From an uncultured Nitrososphaerota archaeon (GTDB taxonomy: Archaea > Thermoproteota > EX4484-205 > JAAOZP01): 64,000 nt of DNA. The notes beneath the pieces are model-generated. The model ran no database searches. It worked only from the letters and a program-made list of their open reading frames with translations, and was not told the DNA's origin. Location of the stretch: the NCBI GenBank assembly GCA_964416155.1, contig CAYQCW010000010.1:24484-88483 (forward strand). Direction: 5' to 3'. The stretch's first letter is position 1. Every line of letters starts with the position of its first letter. The position numbers were made by a program, and so were the translations under genes. Below, piece by piece: positions 8,872 to 18,078 of this stretch.

Positions 8872-9938
8872 GGCTTCCTGCTTATAACCTCCCAGACCCT
8901 TGGATCCTCCTGTCCAACCCTCCAGGCAGCTATCTTGTCTATCCCGTATGAAAGCGCTGTGGAAGCCTTCAGCTCAACCGACTTCGCGCCCTGGAACCAT
9001 ACTTCGTATAAGCCGTAAGAATAGTGGTATTCACCATCCTTCTCGCTGAAAAAAACCCAGGTATCAACGCTTTTAGCCGTCTCCAATGCTTGTTTGAAAG
9101 TTAGGCCAACACCGTTTCTACCGAGCCACCTGTAACCGTAGAAGGGAATTCCGATTATTATCTTCTCCCTCGGTATTGTTGAAAGCGCGTATTGAACCAC
9201 TTCCCTAAGCCATCCTAAAGGTCCTATTGGGCCCGCCTCGCTTCCAGACCAGTGGTAGTCGTAACACATTATGCAAACGTAGTCACACGTCTCTCCGAGG
9301 GCCCTGTAGTCCCATGCCCCACCCCATCCTGAAGTATCATCCCAAGTTTTACCTGAAACATCTATCGTGACAATCTTTCCGTGGGAATGCAGGATTGAAG
9401 CCAGCTCCCTCATGTATGAGTTCAACGCCTCCCTATCCTCAGGAGGAATATTCTCGTAATCGATGTTGACTCCTGAGAAATTGTTCTCAACGATGAAGCT
9501 TACTATGCTTTCTATTGTGCGTCTTCTAACTTCCGGATCCGTCAGGATCCTGTGAGCCAAACTCCTGTCGAAGCCCGAGTTCGCCACTAGCGGAACTATG
9601 CTGACATTACTCTTTCTAGCGGCCTCGACAATCCTATTATCTACTCTAGGAGTAAAAACTCCGAATGCATCGATTACCGAACCCGTTGGAGAGACCCAGG
9701 TGAACTTGCCCGCGTTAGTCAAAAAGCTGTTAACGCTTTCATCGTCGGGCGTAACCCATCCGAAAAACTTAACCCCTAATCTCTCCAAGGGGACTGTTTT
9801 GAAATACTCCTCAATACTGCTTGAGTTTCCTTGCGAAGCCCTTCTCCCAGACTGCTGCATCATGAGCAGGCTTACGCAGACAATCGTTGTAATAAGTATT
9901 GCTAGCGTGAGGAGAATCCTAGGATCCAGCTTGGACAT
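8868..9938 (-). CDS. Membrane-anchored glycoside hydrolase family 18 (YaaH/chitinase-like)
   Basis: GVNIDYE catalytic motif, MCYDYHW, GIPFYG, WRVGQED; N-terminal TM helix. Confidence 0.85.
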   Translation of the reverse strand: MSKLDPRILLTLAILITTIVCVSLLMMQQSGRRASQGNSSSIEEYFKTVPLERLGVKFFGWVTPDDESVNSFLTNAGKFTWVSPTGSVIDAFGVFTPRVDNRIVEAARKSNVSIVPLVANSGFDRSLAHRILTDPEVRRRTIESIVSFIVENNFSGVNIDYENIPPEDREALNSYMRELASILHSHGKIVTIDVSGKTWDDTSGWGGAWDYRALGETCDYVCIMCYDYHWSGSEAGPIGPLGWLREVVQYALSTIPREKIIIGIPFYGYRWLGRNGVGLTFKQALETAKSVDTWVFFSEKDGEYHYSYGLYEVWFQGAKSVELKASTALSYGIDKIAAWRVGQEDPRVWEVISRKP

Positions 9939-10122
9939 CTCTAGACTTCTTGCCTGAATGACCTATAAAACGATTACTGTGGCACTGTAATCGCCTTGAA
10001 AAAGAAATTTTGAACACTTCAACGCCCTGGTTGTTGCTCGAAACAAGCGTATATCCTCTGTGGGAAAAATTATTTTAAAAGCGTAGGGAGAGAAACGTAT
10101 AAGTATCCCCCTATATATTAGG

Positions 10123-11535
10123 ATGGGGCATAGCTTGAATCATGCGCTCAGATGCACGAGCTGCGGAGCAGCCTACAGTTTCAGCGTTGAAAGGAAGCTG
10201 TGTGACAGGTGCGGACAGGGATTAACGCTGGACATGAAACCATCCTTCTTAGAGGAACCGGGAGAGCACGGGGTCTGGAGGCATGGCGGAATACTTCCAG
10301 CTGTTGAGAAAAAGTTCAGAATCTCTCTGGGAGAGGGAAACACGATGCTCCGACAAGGCTTGAGGATTGGGAGAAGCATAGGTGTTGAAGAGCTATGGAT
10401 TAAGGATGAAACTGTTGAACCCACGGGCTCCTACTTGGACAGAAGCTCAGCCTTATTCGTGTCCATCGCCCTAAGTCTAGGTTACGGAAGGATCTCCACC
10501 TATTCAACTGGAAACCTTGGCGCATCGTTGGCAGCATACTCCTCTAAAGCCGGTTTAAAGACGCGTGTTCAGGTTAAGCCCACGATAGACGTTGGGAAAC
10601 TCTACCAGATGATAATATATGGCGCGGAGGTTAGCGTAGTCGACTTCTTTGGGAAGCGCGCCGCGAAGGGAGCTATCGTAGCTGTGGAGCACGACCCCTT
10701 GATAAACGAGGCTAAGAAAACAATCATGCTCGAAATACTCCTTCAGCTTGGAGGGAGGCCGCCCGACTACGTGGTTCTCCCAATGGGGGAGGGAGGCCTA
10801 GTATACGAAACCCACAAGATGATGAGGGAGCTCAGGGAGCTCGGCATCGCTAAGTGCAGTACTAGAATAGTTGGAGTACAGCCGGAGGACTGCGATCCTA
10901 TAGTAAACGCTTTCGAAAGAGGCTTAGACACTGTTGAGGCTGAAGCTGAGCCAAGAAGCAGAATATTCGACCTGAACGTGGCCAACCCTAGGTTTGGAAA
11001 CGCTGCTCTCAGAGCAATAAGACAGACGGGTGGGATGGCAGTATCCGTCAGCGAAAAAGAGATTTTCGAAGCCCTAAGCCTGCTGGCTGAGAAAGAAGGG
11101 ATACTTGCAGAGCCAGCTGGAAGCCTTTCTACAGCAGGCTTGGTGAAGCTGGTTAAAAACGGAGAGGTGAAGAGGGACGCTAGAGTGGTTTCCGTTGTGA
11201 CGGGAAGCGGGCTCAAGGATCAGAGGGTTATGAAGGAATTAGCCTACAGAAAGTCCAGCATAGGCGTGTTGATAGAGGAGCTGAGTGGGGGTGTTAGACT
11301 CGGGTCGACTAAGACAGCTATACTGAGGCTACTGTCTGAAAAAAACATGTATGGCTATGAGGTTTGGAGAGGGTTGAGGGAGAAATACGGCATGAACGTC
11401 AGGATTCCAACGGTTTACCAGCATCTTTCCGATCTCGTTGAAAAAGGGTATGTTAGAAGAGTTGAGGCTAGGAGGGTCATGGGTAGGAAGAGGGAGTACT
11501 ATTCTCTAACTGAGAGGGGAGAGGCCATTGCCTAG
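10123..11535 (+). CDS. Threonine-synthase-like PLP-fold domain (PLP lysine replaced by Leu) fused to a C-terminal PadR winged helix
   Basis: CxxC..CxxC, SLGEGNT, KDE..PTGSYLDR, STGNLGAS, AEPA, VTGSGLKD; then ILRLL...YGYEVW...TVYQHL..L..KGYV...REYYSLTERG. Confidence 0.85.
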   Translation: MGHSLNHALRCTSCGAAYSFSVERKLCDRCGQGLTLDMKPSFLEEPGEHGVWRHGGILPAVEKKFRISLGEGNTMLRQGLRIGRSIGVEELWIKDETVEPTGSYLDRSSALFVSIALSLGYGRISTYSTGNLGASLAAYSSKAGLKTRVQVKPTIDVGKLYQMIIYGAEVSVVDFFGKRAAKGAIVAVEHDPLINEAKKTIMLEILLQLGGRPPDYVVLPMGEGGLVYETHKMMRELRELGIAKCSTRIVGVQPEDCDPIVNAFERGLDTVEAEAEPRSRIFDLNVANPRFGNAALRAIRQTGGMAVSVSEKEIFEALSLLAEKEGILAEPAGSLSTAGLVKLVKNGEVKRDARVVSVVTGSGLKDQRVMKELAYRKSSIGVLIEELSGGVRLGSTKTAILRLLSEKNMYGYEVWRGLREKYGMNVRIPTVYQHLSDLVEKGYVRRVEARRVMGRKREYYSLTERGEAIA

Positions 11536-11537
11536 TT

Positions 11538-12626
11538 TTAAAGCCGCATCCTCTCATAAGTTATCTTCAAATCGCCATCTTTCCATGTGAAAACCGGAAC
11601 ATCTCTTCTAAGCCTTCTGAACTTCTCGCTTAAAGAATGAACTATAAAAGGGAGCACTATCGTAGCATCAGCGTAGCACTGAACCCTCTGGGCTCTGAAC
11701 CCGATTTTACCCCAGCTTTGACCCTCCTCGAAAGTACATCCCGATAAGCCTCCCCACTGCGGCATGTCCGTAGAGATCTGTATCGCGCAACCATGGCTCT
11801 TATCGTGTCTAGTCTGGTAGCTTGCTATCACGGCGGTTTGTTGAATAAAATTCTTTGGCACGCCTCCACCTATGTATATCACGCCGGTTTGCTTCGCCTT
11901 CTCAGTTATCCTAGAGCTCTCGTCAACATCCTTAAGGTAGTCGACGATTATCCTCTTCTTCTTGAGAATACTCTTCTTCCCGTCGATGCTTACAACCCTA
12001 GTCCTCCTGTTGGCGAACATTATTGAGAATCCTAATGCACTGTCTCCGAAAGCGGGGCAGAATATTGGGACGCCGCTCCTGTAGGCGCTTACAAGAAGAG
12101 AGTCCTTATCCTTAACATGCTTGCATAAAAACTTCCCAAGAAGGCAGAGTACTTCACGGGAGGAATAGGGGTAATCGTCTCTAAGCGTCCTGGCGAAAAC
12201 CTTTTCTATCCAGAGGTCGGTTCCGTAAAACTTATTCTCATCCGCAAAAACGTCGTAAATCCTGTCGACCCTCTCCCTCCTCAGCTTGACATCATCTATC
12301 AAGTGGGTTCCAACATAATGCTTCCCGCCTAGGGCTTCGAAGAGATCATGGTAAAGGTTTGCCCCAGTTGAAACAATCACGTCGACCATCCTCCTTTCAA
12401 TCAGGTAGGCGACGAGCCTCCTCATCCCGGCTGGAACCATGGCGCCGGCTAGGCCGAGCCATATTACGATGTTCCTTTTCTTAAGCATTCTAGACCATAC
12501 TTGAACAACCTCAGAAACCTTCCTTCCCTGAAAACCTGTGAACATCATTTCATCAACCAATTGACTAATTTTTTTATCCGGGTTAACTTCGATCGGGTTC
12601 GTGGGAAGTTTAAGAAACCTCCTCAT
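11538..12626 (-). CDS. Deoxyhypusine synthase family
   Basis: TGFQG, GAMVPAG, STGAN, RIYD, GGGVPKN, GGLSG..EGQSWGK (catalytic Lys present). Confidence 0.9.
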   Translation of the reverse strand: MRRFLKLPTNPIEVNPDKKISQLVDEMMFTGFQGRKVSEVVQVWSRMLKKRNIVIWLGLAGAMVPAGMRRLVAYLIERRMVDVIVSTGANLYHDLFEALGGKHYVGTHLIDDVKLRRERVDRIYDVFADENKFYGTDLWIEKVFARTLRDDYPYSSREVLCLLGKFLCKHVKDKDSLLVSAYRSGVPIFCPAFGDSALGFSIMFANRRTRVVSIDGKKSILKKKRIIVDYLKDVDESSRITEKAKQTGVIYIGGGVPKNFIQQTAVIASYQTRHDKSHGCAIQISTDMPQWGGLSGCTFEEGQSWGKIGFRAQRVQCYADATIVLPFIVHSLSEKFRRLRRDVPVFTWKDGDLKITYERMRL

Positions 12627-12681
12627 CTTTTTTCCGATTTAATCATTTAAATTTTAATTTAAACTTTACTGAAAAAGTCAT

Positions 12682-15558
12682 TCAGAGTTCTCCAAGGGAA
12701 ACCTCTACTTCAACGCTCGCCACTTCTCCGGTTGGAAATGTGACAACGTCTCCGGGAACATGCTTTCCGTTCACACTGAGCGAAACCTTTTGACCCTTGC
12801 CGACGCGTTTCGCGGAAATATTGTACGTCACCCCTCTGAAAACCCTTTTAGCCTTAAAGCCACTCCAGGATTCCGGTATGCATGGAGATATTTTCAAGCC
12901 TTCGAAAGTGGGGCGTATGCCAAGAATCCATTGCGTCGCAGCCACGTAAACCCATGAGGCTGTGCCGGTGAGCCACGAGTTTCGTGCACGACCATACTCA
13001 GGGTGCTCCGGAGCAGCCAAGTTCTGAGAATACACGTAGGGCTCAGTCCCAAGAGTATCCATGTCTCTACGTCTAAGCGGCATTATCTGGCGGTAAAACT
13101 GGTATGCAAGGTCTCCCAACCCGAGTTTAGCGGCTGCAACTATAGCCCAAGTGTTAGCATGGTTAAATATGCCGCCGTTCTCCTTAAGCCCAGGCGGATA
13201 AGTTGCTGTGCCGCCGAAACGCTTCAGGTTCTCAACATCCATAGAATCACCATCCGTCTTCCCAGTGTTAAACGGGTCTCTCATCAGCCTTAAGCCTAAG
13301 GGCGTGTTCAAAAACTTTCGAGCACTCTCCAAGGCTTTCCTCGCCTTATCATCGTCGCCGAGCTCAGCGATAGCCGACCAAGCTTGCGGGATAAGACTTA
13401 TCCAATGATGCTTCTCACTCTTCACGCCGACAGGCCTGCCCTCATCGTCGTAAGCCCTAGCATACCATTCACCGTCCCATGAAACCCTGTTTATTGTTTC
13501 AGCCATCCCCCTGTGAAGACTTTCAAACTCCCCAGCCTTATCCATGTCCCCAAGGTTCTTACAAAGATCCACGAGGTCAAGCATAGCCCTGCAGAAAAGC
13601 ATCCCCGTCCAGACGCTTTCAGCCTTCTCAGAACCATGGTCAAGGTTCATAGTGTCATCCCAGTCTGCGAAGCCGATTAGTGGCAGGCCGCGGGACCCTT
13701 TTTTCTTACGGGTGAAGCCCACAGCCCTCGCCATATGCTCCCAGACAGTCTCCTCCGAATCACTATCCTGATATGGAATCTTCTCGTGTAGAAGCGTGTA
13801 ATCCCCTGTTTCACGAATATAGCTGCAGGTCGCGATTACAAGCCACAGGTGGTCGTCGCTGAACCACTGGGGTTTCTCAGGGGATTCTGCAGCGTGACCG
13901 GGGCCCCCCTCACCTGTAAGCGGGAAAACCTGGTGCCAAGTATGCCCATCTTTAAACTGTAGTTTCCAAAGCATTTTAAGAACCCTGCGGGCATGCTGAG
14001 GATCATTATGCACGGTTCCCAACGTGTCTTGAGCAGAGTCGCGAGTCCCCATGCCTCTTCCCAAACCAGTGTCATAAAGGGAGACGAACCTCGACCAGTA
14101 GAGGTTGGCGCGGCATTGAACAGCGTTCCAGAAGTTTATCATCGCGTTCATCTCCTCATCAGGTGTTTCCACAGTCAGTTTCCCAAGGTATTCGCACCAG
14201 TTTTCACGGAGCTCTTGAAAAGCCTTCTCGACGTTTTCGACAACACTGTAACGCCTAACGGTCTCCATTATTAGACCCGGATTATCCGTCACCCCAAGCA
14301 TGTAGACTATCGTATTCTCCTCCCCGGGCTTAAGCTCCAGAAAATGACTCAGGGAGGCTATGTTGTTGCCGCGTGAAGCAATGCTGTAACCCGGCTTGCC
14401 GCTGACAACCGCCTGGGGCCGGGAAAGGTCGCCGTAGCCCCCCACGAAAGCCTCGCGGCTAGTGTCATAACCTTCAGGGGCGAGGCTGCTTGCGAAGAAT
14501 GTTCTAGTCGGTCTAAAATGAACCCCGGCGACTATAATGCCGTTTCTATACGAGCTTGAAACTATTTGCTGACCCCAATCCAGGTTAGTCGTGTCAACAG
14601 TAGCATCCCAGTAGGACAGTTCCTCGTAGGACCATATGCTCAGCCTTTTTACACGGGTGCTCGTGTTTTTAACGTGCAGCACGTGGAGTTCAACAGGACA
14701 CTCGTCGCAAGGGGGATTAGGCGGGACGAAGAAGAGTATTGAGGATTCAACCCCGTTATGCCTACTGCTTATACGAGTATAGCCTGCGCCATGCCTACAC
14801 TCATACCATTCAAGACTCCTCTTAACAGGCTGCCAGGTTGGGCTCCAAAACTCCCCGGTTTCCTCATCCCTAAGGTAAAAATAGTGCCCAGGCTGATCCG
14901 TCGGAACAGCGTTGTAACGATACCTTGTAACCCGACGGTTACGGGGGTCGCGGTCAAACGAGAACCCTCCCGCAGTGTTTGATATGATTCCGCCGTAGCC
15001 TCCTTGGCCGAGATAGTTTATCCAAGGCGTAGGAGTGTCCGGCCGAGTTATAACGTATTCTCCTGTTTCCTTATCGAAATACCCGTAGGGTTTGAGGGTT
15101 AAAGGGGACTCGTGGAAAACACGGTTGAAAACACTGTTCGCCCAGTCAACCTCTTGAGAAGGCAGGAGGGAAAAAACCTCGAGACCCACCAGCCTCTTAG
15201 CAACCACAGCCAGGGAATTACTGTGGTGCCAGTTGAGAATCACGAGACGACCCCGGAGGGTTTTTAAACAGGGGTTCTGAAAACCGTCTTCCAGACAGCT
15301 CTCTTCTTGCTCAACGGTTGTCTCTGGAGGCTCAACCATGATGATGTTCCCACCATCATCCTTAACGACGAATGTTTCAAGCATTCTGACTTTAACACCC
15401 TCCTTCACGAAAATTATTCGAAGCCGGATCCTGCCGTCAGGTTCAACCCAAGCCTTGGCCTGGACAGTCTCAGCAAAACCGGGAGATACGCGCCTCAGAA
15501 AACCAGTAATTTTTTCAAAATCCTCGAGATTCCAAACCGCCACCTCATCCTTAAACAT
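12682..15558 (-). CDS. GH94 glycoside phosphorylase (cellobiose/chitobiose phosphorylase-like) with about 155-aa extra N-terminal domain
   Basis: YGYFD..EYVITRPDTPTPWINYLG, RGMGTRD, SDDHLW, ADWDD, KENGGIFNH, SWLTGTA. Confidence 0.9.
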   Translation of the reverse strand: MFKDEVAVWNLEDFEKITGFLRRVSPGFAETVQAKAWVEPDGRIRLRIIFVKEGVKVRMLETFVVKDDGGNIIMVEPPETTVEQEESCLEDGFQNPCLKTLRGRLVILNWHHSNSLAVVAKRLVGLEVFSLLPSQEVDWANSVFNRVFHESPLTLKPYGYFDKETGEYVITRPDTPTPWINYLGQGGYGGIISNTAGGFSFDRDPRNRRVTRYRYNAVPTDQPGHYFYLRDEETGEFWSPTWQPVKRSLEWYECRHGAGYTRISSRHNGVESSILFFVPPNPPCDECPVELHVLHVKNTSTRVKRLSIWSYEELSYWDATVDTTNLDWGQQIVSSSYRNGIIVAGVHFRPTRTFFASSLAPEGYDTSREAFVGGYGDLSRPQAVVSGKPGYSIASRGNNIASLSHFLELKPGEENTIVYMLGVTDNPGLIMETVRRYSVVENVEKAFQELRENWCEYLGKLTVETPDEEMNAMINFWNAVQCRANLYWSRFVSLYDTGLGRGMGTRDSAQDTLGTVHNDPQHARRVLKMLWKLQFKDGHTWHQVFPLTGEGGPGHAAESPEKPQWFSDDHLWLVIATCSYIRETGDYTLLHEKIPYQDSDSEETVWEHMARAVGFTRKKKGSRGLPLIGFADWDDTMNLDHGSEKAESVWTGMLFCRAMLDLVDLCKNLGDMDKAGEFESLHRGMAETINRVSWDGEWYARAYDDEGRPVGVKSEKHHWISLIPQAWSAIAELGDDDKARKALESARKFLNTPLGLRLMRDPFNTGKTDGDSMDVENLKRFGGTATYPPGLKENGGIFNHANTWAIVAAAKLGLGDLAYQFYRQIMPLRRRDMDTLGTEPYVYSQNLAAPEHPEYGRARNSWLTGTASWVYVAATQWILGIRPTFEGLKISPCIPESWSGFKAKRVFRGVTYNISAKRVGKGQKVSLSVNGKHVPGDVVTFPTGEVASVEVEVSLGEL

Positions 15559-15629
15559 GTTGCAGTATCGGAAATCCTAAGCAATATATAAACTGCACGA
15601 CACTCCTGCCGGTTTCAGGTTTTAAAGCG

Positions 15630-16775
15630 TTATGTTGAGGGCGGCTGGAACCTTAATTCCTTATCGACCTTCTGCATCCATTCGCTGATCTTAATCTTCT
15701 GTGGACACTTCTCCTCGCAAGTCCTGCAGCCCACGCATGCGCTCGCCCGTCTCTCAGCAGGAATATTATGGTTGTAAACCCATCGGGCTGACCCAATCGT
15801 GTTATACGCTACACCATGATTGTAAACTTCAAAGTTCTCCGGAATATCAACGCCGTTTGGACACGGCATGCAGTAGCCGCATCTAGTGCAAGGAATCGGG
15901 CGGAGCTCCCTGTACTTCGCGTGTACCCTAGCTATAAGCTTAAGTTCCTCGTCGCCAAGTATCCTAACACCCGATCTTGAGGCGAACTCAATATTCCGCT
16001 TAACCTGATCCATCGTACTCATACCGCTTAGAACAACAGAGACCTCAGGCTTGTTCCAAAGCCATTGTAAAGCCATCTCCACAGGATCCTTACCGGCCTC
16101 GTCCCAGATCTGCTTCACAGCCGGAGGCGGGTTGGCTAAAGCCCCTCCTAACAGAGGCTCCATTATAACCACGGCCAGCCCTTTCCCAGCAGCGTACTTA
16201 AGCCCCTTTGTCCCGGCTTGAACCTCCTCGTTTTCATAGTTATACTGTATTTGGCAGAGGGTCCACTTGTCATACGCGTCTACAATCTCCTTGAAAACCT
16301 CGAAGTCGTCGTGGAAGCTGAAACCAAGATGCTTTATCCTGTCCTCCGAAACAACCCTTTCCGCCCAGTCGAAAACATTCAGGTTTTTAATCTTAAGCCA
16401 ACTGTTTTTATTCAGAGCGTGAAGAAGGTAGAAATCAAAGTATTCCGTCTGAAGCTTCTTAAGCTGCTCCTCAAAGATCCTGTCCATATCCTCCCTAGAA
16501 TTAATATTCCAGATAGGCATCTTGGTCGCGAGCCTTATCCTCTCCCTATAGCCATCATTTAAAGCCTTGCCGACGACAATCTCACCATTCCCCCCGTGAT
16601 AAGGGTAAGCAGTATCCACGTAGTTGACACCATGGTCTATGGCGTACCTTATCATCCTGATAGCCTCAGGCTCATCAACCTTAGAATAGTCGTTGCCTAT
16701 TACCGGGAGCCTCATGCATCCGAATCCTAGGGCAGAGACCTGCCAGTCAAGTTTCCCGAAACGCCTATACTTCAT
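15630..16775 (-). CDS. Aldo/keto reductase with C-terminal 4Fe-4S dicluster domain
   Basis: LGFGCMRL, DTAYPY, ATK, YLLH; CTRCGYCMPCP and CVGCRTCEEKCP. Confidence 0.9.
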   Translation of the reverse strand: MKYRRFGKLDWQVSALGFGCMRLPVIGNDYSKVDEPEAIRMIRYAIDHGVNYVDTAYPYHGGNGEIVVGKALNDGYRERIRLATKMPIWNINSREDMDRIFEEQLKKLQTEYFDFYLLHALNKNSWLKIKNLNVFDWAERVVSEDRIKHLGFSFHDDFEVFKEIVDAYDKWTLCQIQYNYENEEVQAGTKGLKYAAGKGLAVVIMEPLLGGALANPPPAVKQIWDEAGKDPVEMALQWLWNKPEVSVVLSGMSTMDQVKRNIEFASRSGVRILGDEELKLIARVHAKYRELRPIPCTRCGYCMPCPNGVDIPENFEVYNHGVAYNTIGSARWVYNHNIPAERRASACVGCRTCEEKCPQKIKISEWMQKVDKELRFQPPST

Positions 16776-16909
16776 TTTCTCAAGGATAGAAGTACGGGAC
16801 TTATAAATTTATTCAGAATCAGTGGAACCGTTTCCAGACTATGAGACGCCAGTGTAACAACAGCCTTATATCTCACCGGGACTGAAGCGAAACAATACGG
16901 CTGCGGAAA

Positions 16910-17332
16910 ATGGAGGGATTAGAGACAGCTAAGAGAATGTTGAAAGAACAGGGTTTCAGCCTAGTTATAGTTAAACCCGGAATACTTGTCCACGCGACTA
17001 GGAGGTATGGTGTAATAGGGCTCGTTGAAGCCATTGAAAACTATGGGTCAGAACTATCAGGGGCAGCGGTGGCTGACAGGGTCGTTGGCAGGGCAGCGGC
17101 GATGCTCTGCCTGTACGCCGATATTGCTGAAGTATATGCTGGAGTAATAAGTAGGAAGGGTTTAGAAGCGTTGAGAGAGAGGAATGTAAGCGTTGAATAT
17201 GGGGAACTTGTTCCTGAAATCCTGGACAGAAAGAGGAATGATGTTTGCCCGTTTGAAAAACTCGTCGCCGACTGCCATGATGAGGAAAAATGTTTTAAGA
17301 AAATAGGGTCTATTAAAGAGCGGTTTTTATAG
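16910..17332 (+). CDS. DUF1893 (TM1506-like) protein
   Basis: VADRVVGRAAA, AGVIS..G, ILDR...CPFE motifs. Confidence 0.8.
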   Translation: MEGLETAKRMLKEQGFSLVIVKPGILVHATRRYGVIGLVEAIENYGSELSGAAVADRVVGRAAAMLCLYADIAEVYAGVISRKGLEALRERNVSVEYGELVPEILDRKRNDVCPFEKLVADCHDEEKCFKKIGSIKERFL

Positions 17333-17427
17333 ACGCTTCTTGCTCGCGCGAAATCCAGAAGCGGCAGACCTTCGCAAGCCTAAACTGAGGAGGCTAGCCT
17401 TCTGCGTGCCGCAGGTTAATGTTTCAA

Positions 17428-17829
17428 TCAGGATGAAGACTTGCCGGAGAGATTGGACATTACGTTTACATGAATCCTAGCCACGTCCCCCAGCTTATCC
17501 ATTGCTTCCCTAAGCCTCCCACTCCAAACCTCTTTTAGACCTCCCTTCTCCTCCTGAACCACGTGGAACACAGAGTCATCGATTTTCGCCACGTAAACCC
17601 CATTAACATTCTTATTGAACGTTAGAGTAACCACCACTCTCTGTTCCTTGGAGAACCTTCCGAGCTTCACTATGTATGTGGCTGAAAGCTCGCAAACCTT
17701 CCGCTCTTTATCTGGGAAAGTGACGAGGGCCCCGCCGGTTTTAACGTTCTTACCGGTTTCAACAGTCTTAAGAGCCTCCTCATAATATCTGCCGAGCGAA
17801 TCCACCTCTCTAAACATTACCGTGTCCAT
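17428..17829 (-). CDS. Hypothetical protein
   Basis: 133-aa ORF with a TATA-like element upstream; no recognised motif. Confidence 0.65.
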   Translation of the reverse strand: MDTVMFREVDSLGRYYEEALKTVETGKNVKTGGALVTFPDKERKVCELSATYIVKLGRFSKEQRVVVTLTFNKNVNGVYVAKIDDSVFHVVQEEKGGLKEVWSGRLREAMDKLGDVARIHVNVMSNLSGKSSS

Positions 17830-18078
17830 TCTTGTCTCTAGACCTCTGCTTGCAGTATCCTCATCTGCTAAAAGGGTAAATATTAAGGTTACGCCTGTTT
17901 AGAAAAACCTTTTCAAATAGGCCTGCCGCCGGCTGGCGTTCCAAGGATACAGCATGCAGGTAAACCGTAAGCCTAGGGAAACCACATGAGAAATGAGCAT
18001 CTCTTTAAAGGCTAGAGTGCACGCAAACAATCGGGAAAAACGGATATGTTTTTAAAGACGCGTTGAGCACAAGGACCC

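Noticed and set aside
16823-16836. TGGAACCGTTTCCA imperfect palindrome as a second site for the 61211 motif
   Set aside because: Half-site spacing differs and the match is short enough to be chance.
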